Shown piece after piece: positions 29,690-39,075 of a stretch of DNA of 64,000 nucleotides; position 1 is the first letter of the stretch; each line of letters begins with the position of its first letter. The DNA is taken from assembly GCA_041652815.1 (NCBI GenBank), contig JBAZGN010000001.1, forward strand, positions 509,855 to 573,854, read 5' to 3'. The position numbers were made by a program, and so were the translations under genes. Below the pieces are notes generated by a model that was given only the letters and a program-made list of their open reading frames with translations, did no database searches and had not been told where the DNA came from. The stretch is from Candidatus Omnitrophota bacterium. Lineage in GTDB: Bacteria > Omnitrophota > Gorgyraeia > Duberdicusellales > 4484-171.

Positions 29690-30660
29690 TGGCACATTCT
29701 AATACCAATACCCCAGCAATAAAGAAATTGAATAAAACAAATGTTATATTTTTTATATCTACGCTCATTGCATTGCTTGTAGTATCTATTTATATATTTA
29801 AGAACCTTGCTTCATTTAGAAAAATACTTACCATATCCACTTTTAACATAACGGTTTTTGTAATTTTTCAAATTGGGCTATTAATAGTCAATACTTTTGT
29901 TCTTATAATCTATCTAAATATCTTCAACAAACGTCTATTCTTCTTTGATAGTTTTGGATTGAATGCTGTGAACACTTTCTTCAATAATATTTTAGTCAAG
30001 GGAGGGCCATTTATTAAAGGCTATTTTTTAAAAAAAATACATAATTTATCTTATTCTGATTTTATATTTACAATCGCATCGTTTACCTTGATAGAATTCA
30101 TGGTGGCAGGCTATGTTGGTTTATTGCTATTACTTTTTATATATTTCACTAGAGGATATTTTAATATATACATATTTTTATTTTTTAGCATTATTTCTTT
30201 GGGCTGTTTTATTTTTATAAAGCTGCCTTTCCATAATTTTCTAAAAAAAAGTGATAGCCGGATAAAACAGAAAATATTTAATCTATTACTTTCCTGGAAA
30301 TCAATTACAAAAAATAGGTCAGTTATTGACAAACTTTTTTTACTGGCGCTGCTTAACTTCATTATCTTTGCTATGCGTCTACAATATGGTTTCCATATTT
30401 TATATGGAAATGCAAATTTTGTTGACTGTCTGCTTATTTCAATAATCGGTACCATTGCAAATCTTTTAACGATAACCCCCGCTGCTTTAGGAGTAAGAGA
30501 ATTTTTAATAGGCGCAACCTACGGGTTAGTTAAAGGAAATGCTCTTAATGCCGTTGTTGTTACTGTGCTTGATAGAGTCGTTTCTACTATAACTATTTTT
30601 ATTTTAGGTGGAGTTTTTATTTTTTATTTTTTAAACAAAATGCGAAAAACAAAATCTTAA
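29689..30660 (+). CDS. Flippase-like domain (UPF0104 / LPG-synthase TM region-like) membrane protein
   Basis: GVREFLIGATYGLVKGNALNAVVVTVLDRV and 8 transmembrane helices. TAATG overlap with the upstream gene. Confidence 0.55.
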   Translation: MAHSNTNTPAIKKLNKTNVIFFISTLIALLVVSIYIFKNLASFRKILTISTFNITVFVIFQIGLLIVNTFVLIIYLNIFNKRLFFFDSFGLNAVNTFFNNILVKGGPFIKGYFLKKIHNLSYSDFIFTIASFTLIEFMVAGYVGLLLLLFIYFTRGYFNIYIFLFFSIISLGCFIFIKLPFHNFLKKSDSRIKQKIFNLLLSWKSITKNRSVIDKLFLLALLNFIIFAMRLQYGFHILYGNANFVDCLLISIIGTIANLLTITPAALGVREFLIGATYGLVKGNALNAVVVTVLDRVVSTITIFILGGVFIFYFLNKMRKTKS

Positions 30661-30760
30661 AGTATTACATACAGAATAAACCAAAAATTTATGCAAGAGT
30701 TTTATATGAAAGATATTATGAATAGTTTTGGAAGGTTCTCATAAAATTCTGTTTCAAATG

Positions 30761-31798
30761 CGGATTTTATTTTATTCTTATCCTTGGGCGTTTCAAAAAA
30801 TAGGAGGAGGGGAAACCCAGCTTCTAAAAACTAGGGAGTTTTTAGAAAAAAAAGGCATAGAAATTAGACTTTTTAACCAATGGGAAGACAAATTGTCCGA
30901 TTATGATATTTTACATATTTTTGGTTCGGTCAAAGATTGTGTAGGTTTGATAGAGGTAGCTAAAGAAAACAAACTAAAAATCTGTGTTTCTTCAATATTT
31001 TGGACGGATATCCGTAGATGTTTTGGCGAAATAGGTATCAAAAATAAAACAAATGCTTTTCTGCGTCATTGTACAAAAAAAGTTTTACCCTTTTTTCCTT
31101 CAGGAAGAAGAAAAATTTTTGAATTAGCAGATTTAATCCTTCCTAATTCAGAAAGTGAAGCAAATCAAATAAAAAAATATTTTTTTATCGATAAAAGCAA
31201 ATTTGTTGTTATTCCTAATGGTGTAGATGAAAGATTTAAAGATGCTACACCGGAAGAATTTATAAAAAAATATCAACTTAAGAATTTTGTTCTTTATGTG
31301 GGCAGAATTGAACCTCGCAAAAACCAGCTTAATTTTATACGAGCGATGAAAGGCTTCAGCGCAGCGCCAATTGTTTTTGTAGGTGATTACACTTTGGAGC
31401 ATAAATATTACTATGATATTTGCCTCAGAGAAAAAACAGATAATATGTTTTTCTTGGGTCACATCGCCGGAGACAGCGCTTTGTTTTCATCTATGTATGC
31501 AGCCTGCAAGGTGTTTTGCCTTACCAGTTGGTTTGAAACGCCAGGCTTAGCCGCCTTAGAAGCTGCTGCAAGCGGAAAGAATATTGTAATAACGCCCTAT
31601 GGTTCAACTAAGGACTATTTTGGCAATTATGCCTTTTATGCAAGGCCTCATAAATTAAAAGAAATAAGAGAAAAAGTAGAAATAGGATTAAATTCTTCGC
31701 CTAAGGAAGATTTTAAGCAGCACGTATTAGACAATTTTAGGTGGGAAAAAGTAGCCGAAGCTACCTTTATGGCTTACGAAAATCTATTAAGACATTAA
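30761..31798 (+). CDS. GT4 family glycosyltransferase
   Basis: MRILFYSYPWAF...GGGETQ N-terminus and ETPGLAALEAAASGKNIV. The track's 30728 start is a TTG; the ATG is at 30761. Confidence 0.7.
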   Translation, partial: RILFYSYPWAFQKIGGGETQLLKTREFLEKKGIEIRLFNQWEDKLSDYDILHIFGSVKDCVGLIEVAKENKLKICVSSIFWTDIRRCFGEIGIKNKTNAFLRHCTKKVLPFFPSGRRKIFELADLILPNSESEANQIKKYFFIDKSKFVVIPNGVDERFKDATPEEFIKKYQLKNFVLYVGRIEPRKNQLNFIRAMKGFSAAPIVFVGDYTLEHKYYYDICLREKTDNMFFLGHIAGDSALFSSMYAACKVFCLTSWFETPGLAALEAAASGKNIVITPYGSTKDYFGNYAFYARPHKLKEIREKVEIGLNSSPKEDFKQHVLDNFRWEKVAEATFMAYENLLRH

Positions 31799-31799
31799 T

Positions 31800-32912
31800 A
31801 TGAAAAAAATACTTTTTGTTATCGGAACAAGACCCGAGATAATTAAGACCGCTCCCGTCATTCATATCTTTAGAAAAGATAAGCGCTACAACGTCAAAGT
31901 ATGTTTTACCGGCCAACATCAGACTATGGCAATAGAAATGATAAAAGAATTTAAGATAAGTATTAATTATGACCTTAATTTGATGAAGTCGGAACAATCC
32001 TTGAACTATTTGGCTTCCGCGTCAATATCAAGAATTAATTCTGTCTATGATGAGTTTGGCCCTGACATGGTATTTGTTCAAGGAGACACAACTACAGCGT
32101 TTTGCGCGGCATTAGCGGCATTTTATAAAAAAATTACAGTAGCGCACATTGAAGCAGGACTCAGGACTTATGATAAATATCAACCATATCCAGAAGAAAT
32201 AAATAGAGAAATGATATCAAGGATAGCAGATTTACATTTAGCGCCCACTATAAAAGCAAAAGAAAATCTTGTCCGAGAGGGAATGTTGGCTAATTCTATT
32301 ATTGTTACTGGTAATACCGTGATCGACGCTTTATTCTATATCAAAAACAGCAAAAAATGTTTTACTGAAAAAACGTTACAACAATTACCAAAGGATAATA
32401 AATTAATATTAGTAACAGCGCATCGGAGAGAAAACTTTGGCAAACCATTAAAAAATATCTGCAAAGCGATAAAAATATTAGCGGAAAAAAACAAAGACGT
32501 TATTTTTGTCTATCCAGTTCACTTAAATCCCCAAGTTTTTAAACCAGTGTATTCCTTATTGGGAAATATAAGAAATATTTTACTTATTAAACCAGTCATC
32601 TACAGTGATTTTGTACTATTAATGGATAAAGCGTATTATATTCTAACAGATTCCGGGGGTATACAGGAAGAAGCACCTTCATTGTCTAAACCTGTTTTGA
32701 TTTTACGCAATAAAACAGAAAGGCCGGAGGTAGTGGAAGCGGGTTGTGCTAAAATCGTAGGAACAAATACTTCAAGTATTATTAAATTTTCTCAATTACT
32801 TCTTAGCTCTAAAATTTACTATAACAGAATGAGCATAAGGAAAAATCCTGTAGGTGATGGTAGGGCAGCCATGCGGATAAAAAATAAAGTCAATAAGATA
32901 TTTAGGATATAA
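31800..32912 (+). CDS. wecB: UDP-N-acetylglucosamine 2-epimerase (non-hydrolysing)
   Basis: ILFVIGTRPEIIKTAPV...HIEAGLRTYDKYQPYPEEINR. Confidence 0.85.
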   Translation: MKKILFVIGTRPEIIKTAPVIHIFRKDKRYNVKVCFTGQHQTMAIEMIKEFKISINYDLNLMKSEQSLNYLASASISRINSVYDEFGPDMVFVQGDTTTAFCAALAAFYKKITVAHIEAGLRTYDKYQPYPEEINREMISRIADLHLAPTIKAKENLVREGMLANSIIVTGNTVIDALFYIKNSKKCFTEKTLQQLPKDNKLILVTAHRRENFGKPLKNICKAIKILAEKNKDVIFVYPVHLNPQVFKPVYSLLGNIRNILLIKPVIYSDFVLLMDKAYYILTDSGGIQEEAPSLSKPVLILRNKTERPEVVEAGCAKIVGTNTSSIIKFSQLLLSSKIYYNRMSIRKNPVGDGRAAMRIKNKVNKIFRI

Positions 32913-32918
32913 TAATAC

Positions 32919-33573
32919 ATGAAGCTGTCAATATTAATTCCAGTTTATAATGAGATACATACACTATCCGCTATCATAAAGCAGAGCATATCTTTGGATA
33001 TAGATAAAGAATTAATCATTGTTGATGATTGCTCTAACGATAGTTCAAGGGGGATTTTGCAAGCTCAATACCAAAATAAGCCCAATATAAAAGTTATATA
33101 TCATGAAAAAAATATGGGCAAAGGTGCAGCCATTAAGACAGCTTTAAGCAAGGCTTGCGGCGATTATGCAATTATACAAGATGCGGATTTAGAATACGAC
33201 CCCCAGGGATTACCTAACTTTGCTGGAAACAGCCCAAACCGTAAACGCCAACGCAGTCTATGGCTCAAGATTTTTAAAAACTTGACGAGTAACGCCATTT
33301 ATGCGTTTTATGATTAATAAATTCCTGACTGTTTTAACTAATATATTATTCGGTTCACGATTAACCGATATGGAAACCTGCTATAAAATGATAAAGACGG
33401 ATATATTTAGAAATCTCGAATTACAATCAAACCGTTTTGAAATAGAAGCGGAAATTACAACAAAGCTTCTCAAGAAAGGCTATAATATAGTAGAGGTTCC
33501 TGTTTCTTATAGGGGCTGTTCTTACCGTGAAGGCAAAAAATTACATGGAAAGACGGTATTATTACTGTCTTAG
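32919..33573 (+). pseudogene. Disrupted GT2 glycosyltransferase (+1 frameshift in a C5 run near 33200, plus in-frame TGA at 33283-33285)
   Basis: Frame 0 gives MKLSILIPVYNE...IQDADLEYDP. The GT2 consensus continues in frame +1 (DYLTLLETAQTVNANAVYGSRFLKT*) and then after the TGA as RVTPFMRFMINKFLTVLTNILFGSRLTDMETCYK. Confidence 0.6.
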
Positions 33574-33598
33574 TGCTTTTAAGATACAGATTCAGTAA

Positions 33599-34702
33599 AT
33601 GAAGTATGTTTTTAAAAATAAATTATACCTAACTACCGTATTTTTCATCGATTTGTTAGGCGGTATTCTTGCATTGCCTTTTAAGCTATTTTCGCGAAAG
33701 AAAGCGGTAAATGTAAAACGCATTCTTTTAGTAAGGTTAGACCATATCGGAGATTTTGTTACAACTACCCCTTTATTTAAAAATATTAAATCTCACTTTA
33801 GCAAAGCCCATCTTACAGTTATAATAAATCCTGCCGTTTTTGATTTAGCGAAGAATAATCCCTATATCGATGAAATAATTACCTTTAAAGCGTCCTGGTT
33901 TGGTAGATATGCCAGCAATTTAAGCATGGCAGATTTTTTTAAATTGATTAAACGCATACGCAATGGAAAATTTGATATCGGAATTGAGCCTCGGGGAGAT
34001 TTTTTTTCGATAATCTTGATGTTCCTGGGGGGAGTTGAATACAGGATAGGTTATGGCGTAACAGGGGGAGGTTTCCTTTTAAATCAAGAAATAAAATACA
34101 ACAAAAATATACATGCGATAGAAAAAAATTTAGATGTATTACGGGCAATGAAGGTTCCCATAAAAAATAATTTTCCTCAAATTTATTTTTCCGGACCAGA
34201 TAAAGATTTTGTGGAAACTTTATTGAAAAATGTAAAATATAATGATAAGAAAGCAATAGTTATCCACCCTTACGCAGGAACTCAGGCAAAGCAATGGGGC
34301 GAAAGCAAATTTAAACAATTAATAAAAGAATTACAGGCAGATAATTACGATATTTTTATAATCGGAGCCAAAGAAGATGAAGAAAGCTATGATAGTGTTT
34401 ATGATCTAAGGGGTAAATTGAATTTGCCCCAACTGGCTTGCTTGATAAAACGTATCGGATTTTTTATAGGTCTTGATTCAGGCCCGGCTAATATTGCTGC
34501 AACCTTGGATGTGCCTGCGGTAATTATCTGTTCAGGAACGAATATCGCACAGAATTGGATACCTAACAGCTCAAAGGTAAGATTTGTATTAAAAGAGACA
34601 GAATGTAAACCTTGTGAATTGAAAGTTTGCCTTAAACAAAAACATTTTTGTATGGGTGATATTACGGTAGAAGAAGTAATGGGAGAGGTTAGTAAGTTCT
34701 AA
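33599..34702 (+). CDS. GT9 family glycosyltransferase (ADP-heptose:LPS heptosyltransferase-like)
   Basis: ILLVRLDHIGDFVTTTPLF...GLDSGPANIAATLDVPAVIICSGTN. Confidence 0.75.
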   Translation: MKYVFKNKLYLTTVFFIDLLGGILALPFKLFSRKKAVNVKRILLVRLDHIGDFVTTTPLFKNIKSHFSKAHLTVIINPAVFDLAKNNPYIDEIITFKASWFGRYASNLSMADFFKLIKRIRNGKFDIGIEPRGDFFSIILMFLGGVEYRIGYGVTGGGFLLNQEIKYNKNIHAIEKNLDVLRAMKVPIKNNFPQIYFSGPDKDFVETLLKNVKYNDKKAIVIHPYAGTQAKQWGESKFKQLIKELQADNYDIFIIGAKEDEESYDSVYDLRGKLNLPQLACLIKRIGFFIGLDSGPANIAATLDVPAVIICSGTNIAQNWIPNSSKVRFVLKETECKPCELKVCLKQKHFCMGDITVEEVMGEVSKF

Positions 34703-34717
34703 GTTGTAAGTTCTAAG
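34693..34717. repeat. Left inverted repeat (TTCTAAG/TTGTAAG heptamers) flanking the four-helix-bundle gene
   Basis: gtaagttctaagttgtaagttctaag; its reverse complement recurs at 35105-35137. It overlaps the GT9 stop codon. Confidence 0.6.
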
Positions 34718-34727
34718 ACGTGAAATA

Positions 34728-35102
34728 ATGGCAAATTTTAGAGATTTAAAAGTATGGCAGGAAGCACATAGGCTAACCATAGAACTTTATGAAATAAGCA
34801 AAAATTTTCCGCCAGTTGAGAGATATAGATTAACTGAGCAAATATGCCGCGCGGCTAGCTCTATAGCCGCAAATATTGCTGAAGGTACAGGTAGATATAG
34901 CCATAAAGATTTCATAAAATTTTTATATATTGCAAGAGGTTCTTTGGAGGAAACAAGGAGTTTTCTAATTTTGGCTTTTGATCTCGGATATTTAGAAAAA
35001 CAACGATATGCTATTCTAGATGAAAAATGTACAAGTATTTCAAAAATGATTAACGGTCTTATTGGGGCATTAAGTAAAAATATCAATAATTCTCTATCTT
35101 AA
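34728..35102 (+). CDS. Four-helix-bundle protein (23S rRNA intervening-sequence protein / Avd-like family, TIGR02436)
   Basis: FRDLKVWQEAHRLTIELYEISKNFP...ERYRLTEQICRAASSIAANIAEG...EETRSFL is typical of this family. Confidence 0.8.
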   Translation: MANFRDLKVWQEAHRLTIELYEISKNFPPVERYRLTEQICRAASSIAANIAEGTGRYSHKDFIKFLYIARGSLEETRSFLILAFDLGYLEKQRYAILDEKCTSISKMINGLIGALSKNINNSLS

Positions 35103-35104
35103 TA

Positions 35105-35137
35105 ACTTACAACTTAGAACTTATAACTTAGAACTAA
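35105..35137. repeat. Right inverted repeat flanking the four-helix-bundle gene
   Basis: acttacaacttagaacttataacttagaac is the reverse complement of the left repeat's heptamer units. Confidence 0.6.
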
Positions 35138-35140
35138 ACC

Positions 35141-36217
35141 ATGAAAATATTTTTCGATACCCGAATGATTGAGCACCCCGGAATAGGCCGTTATATTAAA
35201 TGTTTGCTTACGGAATTTAAGAAACGAGAAGAACTCGATCTGAATTTATTGGGAAACAAAGTTTTGATCGAAAAATATCTCGGCGCACACGAGAATATTA
35301 TCGATTTTAATTACCCAATTTATTCTACGCAAGAGCAATTAGGATTTCTGCAGATTAAAAAAATCATCGGTTCGAATATTTTACATATCCCACACTACAA
35401 TATCCCTGTTTTAGCAAATTTTAAACTTGTGGCTACAATCCATGACTTGATTCACATAGTTTATCCCCAGGGTGCCAGTAAAAAGTTTGCTTCCGTATAT
35501 ATGAAACTAATGGTAGAGCGGGTATTAAAAAAAGCAAAAAAAATAATCTGCGTTTCTAATTCAACAAAAGATTCTCTTCTCAAAATTTATGGGGAAAGGA
35601 AGCATAATATAAACGTGATTTATGAAGGTATAGAAGGAAATTTTTCGCAGATAGAAGATACAACTTATCTTTTTAGAATAAAAGAAAAATATAAATTACC
35701 GCAAAAATTTATTCTTTATGTGGGCAGCCTTCGAAGGCATAAAAATATAAAAATGCTTTTGGAATCATTTTCGAAGTTAAGAGAACGGATGTCCGATGTA
35801 TCATTGGTCATAGTGGGAAGGCTTAGCCACCATTTTGATCTGAATAAGAAAAACGTCTTATATATAGGAGAGGTTCCGGACGATCGTGAACTGGCTGCGA
35901 TATACAATTTATCCTGCGTCTTTTGTAATTTATCTCTTTATGAGGGATTTGGCTTGACCGTGTTAGAAGCGCAGCAATGCGGCACGCCGGTTATCTGTAG
36001 TGATATAGCTCCACACCTAGAAATAGGCGGAGACGGGGTTTTGACGGTTTCAGTGCAGGCTATTGACCGCGCAGTAGATAATTTGTATAATATTTTAACT
36101 GACGATAACTTACGTAATGCCCTCATCCAAAAAGGCTTCAAAAATATCTATAGATTCAATTGGGCGGATACAGCGAATAAAACCATAGCGGTTTATAAAG
36201 AGCTATTAGCGGATTAA
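35141..36217 (+). CDS. GT4 family glycosyltransferase
   Basis: MKIFFDTRMIEHPGIGRY N-terminus and EGFGLTVLEAQQCGTPVICSD. Confidence 0.75.
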   Translation: MKIFFDTRMIEHPGIGRYIKCLLTEFKKREELDLNLLGNKVLIEKYLGAHENIIDFNYPIYSTQEQLGFLQIKKIIGSNILHIPHYNIPVLANFKLVATIHDLIHIVYPQGASKKFASVYMKLMVERVLKKAKKIICVSNSTKDSLLKIYGERKHNINVIYEGIEGNFSQIEDTTYLFRIKEKYKLPQKFILYVGSLRRHKNIKMLLESFSKLRERMSDVSLVIVGRLSHHFDLNKKNVLYIGEVPDDRELAAIYNLSCVFCNLSLYEGFGLTVLEAQQCGTPVICSDIAPHLEIGGDGVLTVSVQAIDRAVDNLYNILTDDNLRNALIQKGFKNIYRFNWADTANKTIAVYKELLAD

Positions 36218-36244
36218 ACACAATAAATTTCTATTAATTTCCTA

Positions 36245-36328
36245 ATTTCTACCAATTTTCCGCCAGAGGCGGATCCGCCCACACATAAAAAGTCATCGGT
36301 GGCGGACAATCGAAATTAGTAGAAATTT
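36245..36328. repeat. Palindromic GC-core element, copy A (TIR aatttctac/gtagaaatt around core TCCGCCAGAGGCGGATCCGCC...GGTGGCGGA)
   Basis: The core at 36258-36307 is near-identical to cores at 41227-41271, 58146-58190 and 61189-61243. Confidence 0.6.
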
Positions 36329-36370
36329 GCTTCGCGAAATTCATAGCAATTAATTGTTTATAATTTTAAA

Positions 36371-37495
36371 ATGCGAATTGCGATAGTCCATGATTGGCTT
36401 ATTGGTATGCGCGGCGGAGAAAAGTGCCTTGAAGTTTTTTGTGAACTTTTCCCGCAGGCAGATATTTTTACTTTGCTTTACGATGGCTCTTCTGTTTCGC
36501 CGGTTATTTCGTGCATGCCGGTTAAGGCCTCCTTTATCCAGCATTTCCCTTTTGCTTTTAAAAAATACCGAAACTATCTTCCTTTTTTCCCCAGCGCTAT
36601 TGAAAGTTTCAATTTAACCGGATATGATTTCATATTGAGCTCAAGCCACTCTGTTGCGAAAGGAGCAAAAAAACCCAAAAATGCGTTTCATCTTTGCTAC
36701 TGCTATACGCCTATGCGCTATGTCTGGTCTTTTTTTGAACAATATTTCGGCTCCTACCCTTTCTTTAAGAAAAAAATAGTAGGTTATGTAACCAAGAACC
36801 TTAAAAAATGGGATTTAAAAACTCTGGATAGAGTTGATGAATTTGTTGCAATTTCTAAGACCATACAAAAAAGAATAAACGATATTTATAAAAGATCATC
36901 TCGCGTTATCTACCCCCCGGTTGATGTAGAAAAATTTACTTTAAATCGCAGCATCAAAAGAGAAGATTTTTATTTGTGCATTTCAGCACTTGTGCCTTAT
37001 AAACGTATTGATATAATTATAGATGCGTTTAATAGATGCCCGGATAAGAAAATATTTATAGTCGGGGACGGCCATCTAAGAAAAGAGCTTGAAAGAAAAA
37101 TTTCTTCGCAAAATATAAAACTTCTTGGCTGGGTAGGTGACCGTGACCTTATTGTTCTTTATCAGAAAGCAAAAGCATTTATCTACGCAGCAGAAGAGGA
37201 TTTTGGAATTTCTCCTCTTGAAGCACAGGCAACAGGCTCGGCTGTAATTGCTTTTGGTAAGGGCGGAGTGAACGAAACAATAATGCCGTTAGCTGATGGC
37301 CGCGGTAACGAACCCACGGGCATATTTTTTTATAAACAGGAAAGCGAAGCGTTAATTGAGGCAATTGATGAATTTGAAAAGCATGTTAATGAATTTGACC
37401 CTGTCCAGCTAAGAAATAACGCAGTTAAATTCAGCCGTGACAATTTCAAAAACAATTTTAGAAACTTGATCAAGGAAAAACTAAACCTAAATTGA
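36371..37495 (+). CDS. GT4 family glycosyltransferase
   Basis: MRIAIVHDWL.GMRGGEKCLE N-terminus typical of GT4 and ISPLEAQATGSAVIAF. Confidence 0.75.
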   Translation: MRIAIVHDWLIGMRGGEKCLEVFCELFPQADIFTLLYDGSSVSPVISCMPVKASFIQHFPFAFKKYRNYLPFFPSAIESFNLTGYDFILSSSHSVAKGAKKPKNAFHLCYCYTPMRYVWSFFEQYFGSYPFFKKKIVGYVTKNLKKWDLKTLDRVDEFVAISKTIQKRINDIYKRSSRVIYPPVDVEKFTLNRSIKREDFYLCISALVPYKRIDIIIDAFNRCPDKKIFIVGDGHLRKELERKISSQNIKLLGWVGDRDLIVLYQKAKAFIYAAEEDFGISPLEAQATGSAVIAFGKGGVNETIMPLADGRGNEPTGIFFYKQESEALIEAIDEFEKHVNEFDPVQLRNNAVKFSRDNFKNNFRNLIKEKLNLN

Positions 37496-37496
37496 T

Positions 37497-38894
37497 ATGC
37501 TGCATAAACTGGCTAAGAAAAAACTGACTGTTCATTATTTCGGATATTTGATACTGAATGATTTGATAATTGGTTTTATAGCGCTTTCTCTCTCTTATTG
37601 GTTTCGTTTCAATTCCAGTCTTTTTGATCTGCCTTTTGGCGTTCCTTCCTATGGTAACTACATATTGCCTTTTTTATCTATTGAAATTCTTCTTGTCATA
37701 CTTATCAATAGAGAGGGGCTTTACCGGATTGATTTTACAAAAAAATTCGTTGACCATGTTTTTTCGCTGATAAAAAGCATAGGCTTGGCAATGTTGCTTC
37801 TTTTGGCAGGCACATTTTTTTACAGAAATACGACCTATTCACGCTTACTTATATTGATAATAGGGTTTAATTTATCTCTTTTCCTGATTGTTTCGCGGCT
37901 CTTTTGGAGGCTTTTTTACGCAAAAAATGTTTTTGAAAAGGCCAAGAAAAAAATTTTAGTCTTAGGCAAACCGGAAACCATAAGCAAAATTACTGAACAC
38001 GTCGATTATTTTAACCGCTACGGAGATATTATCGGATTTGTTTCTACGCGTAAATCCGCTCATAGTCAAACGGGGCGATACATAGGCTCTATCGATAATT
38101 TTAATGATATTCTCGATAAGTATAAGCCTGACGAAGTAATACTTTCTGATTTGGAAATACCAAGAAAGGCAATTATCAATCTTATATTAGAATCGGAAAA
38201 AAGGCTTGTTACTTTTAAGATAGTAGCTGATCTTTTTGATATAATGATTCAGAAATTTGAAATAGAAAGCGTGGATGGGCTTAATCTCATAAAATTTAAA
38301 GAGTCTCCTTTGAGCTTTGCTTATAATAGATCTTTAAAAAGAAGCATTGATATGTTGGGGGCGTTTTTGGGGATAATCATGTTTTCCCCGGTATTCTTTA
38401 TTGTATCCTTAATCATCAAAGCGACATCAAAGGGCCCAATATTTTTTTCTCAGGAAAGAATAAGCGAGGAAGGAAAAGTTTTTAAAATCCATAAATTTAG
38501 AAGCATGTATCAAGGCGCAGAAAGCAAAACCGGACCGGTATTTGTTAAAAAAGATGATGGCCGTTGTACACCTATTGGAAAATTTTTAAGGAAATATAAT
38601 CTTGATGAAATACCTCAGTTATATAATGTTTTGTGGAGTGAGATGAGCTTGGTGGGGCCCCGGCCGGAGCGGCCTTTTTTTGTCGAACAATTCAAAGATG
38701 ATATACCAAGATATATGAGCAGGCACCATATAAAGTCCGGCATTACTGGTTGGGCCCAAATACACGGGCTTCGTCAGGGCACGCCAATTGAGGAAAGAGT
38801 AAGATATGATTTATATTATGCAGAGAACTGGTCAATCTGGCTTGATTTTAAAATTATTTTTCTTTCCTTTTTTGCTCTTAAGAATGCTTATTGA
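37497..38894 (+). CDS. Polyprenyl-phosphate hexose-1-phosphate transferase (WbaP/WcaJ-type initiating sugar transferase)
   Basis: KRSIDMLGAF...SPVFFIVSLIIK...GPIFFSQER.G..GK.F.I.KFRSM...DEIPQLYNVLWSEMSLVGPRPERP. Confidence 0.85.
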   Translation: MLHKLAKKKLTVHYFGYLILNDLIIGFIALSLSYWFRFNSSLFDLPFGVPSYGNYILPFLSIEILLVILINREGLYRIDFTKKFVDHVFSLIKSIGLAMLLLLAGTFFYRNTTYSRLLILIIGFNLSLFLIVSRLFWRLFYAKNVFEKAKKKILVLGKPETISKITEHVDYFNRYGDIIGFVSTRKSAHSQTGRYIGSIDNFNDILDKYKPDEVILSDLEIPRKAIINLILESEKRLVTFKIVADLFDIMIQKFEIESVDGLNLIKFKESPLSFAYNRSLKRSIDMLGAFLGIIMFSPVFFIVSLIIKATSKGPIFFSQERISEEGKVFKIHKFRSMYQGAESKTGPVFVKKDDGRCTPIGKFLRKYNLDEIPQLYNVLWSEMSLVGPRPERPFFVEQFKDDIPRYMSRHHIKSGITGWAQIHGLRQGTPIEERVRYDLYYAENWSIWLDFKIIFLSFFALKNAY

Positions 38895-39075
38895 TACACA
38901 GATGACAGACGCAGATGACCACAGATAAAGCTTGCGTCAATCGGTTGCGGTTACGCTGCTTGTATCGGTTGCGCCTTACGTCATGCGTCAGAAGAATAAT
39001 CTACGGGACGCGACCGAATAACCATAGACGAAACGAGCCGCGCAACCGTAAAACGCAACTAATTTTTTTAAATAA

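Noticed and set aside
32919-33573. Alternative genetic code (TGA read as sense, e.g. code 25/4) to explain the in-frame TGA in the GT2 gene
   Set aside because: Many well-delimited genes here end at TGA with ATGA overlaps to the next start (e.g. 10105-10108, 17067-17070, 51085-51088, 53355-53358), which supports standard code 11. The gene also carries a separate frameshift.
34728-35102. Possible diversity-generating retroelement, because the four-helix-bundle protein belongs to the Avd family
   Set aside because: No reverse transcriptase ORF, template repeat or variable repeat pair is visible anywhere in the window, so the gene is a stand-alone family member.
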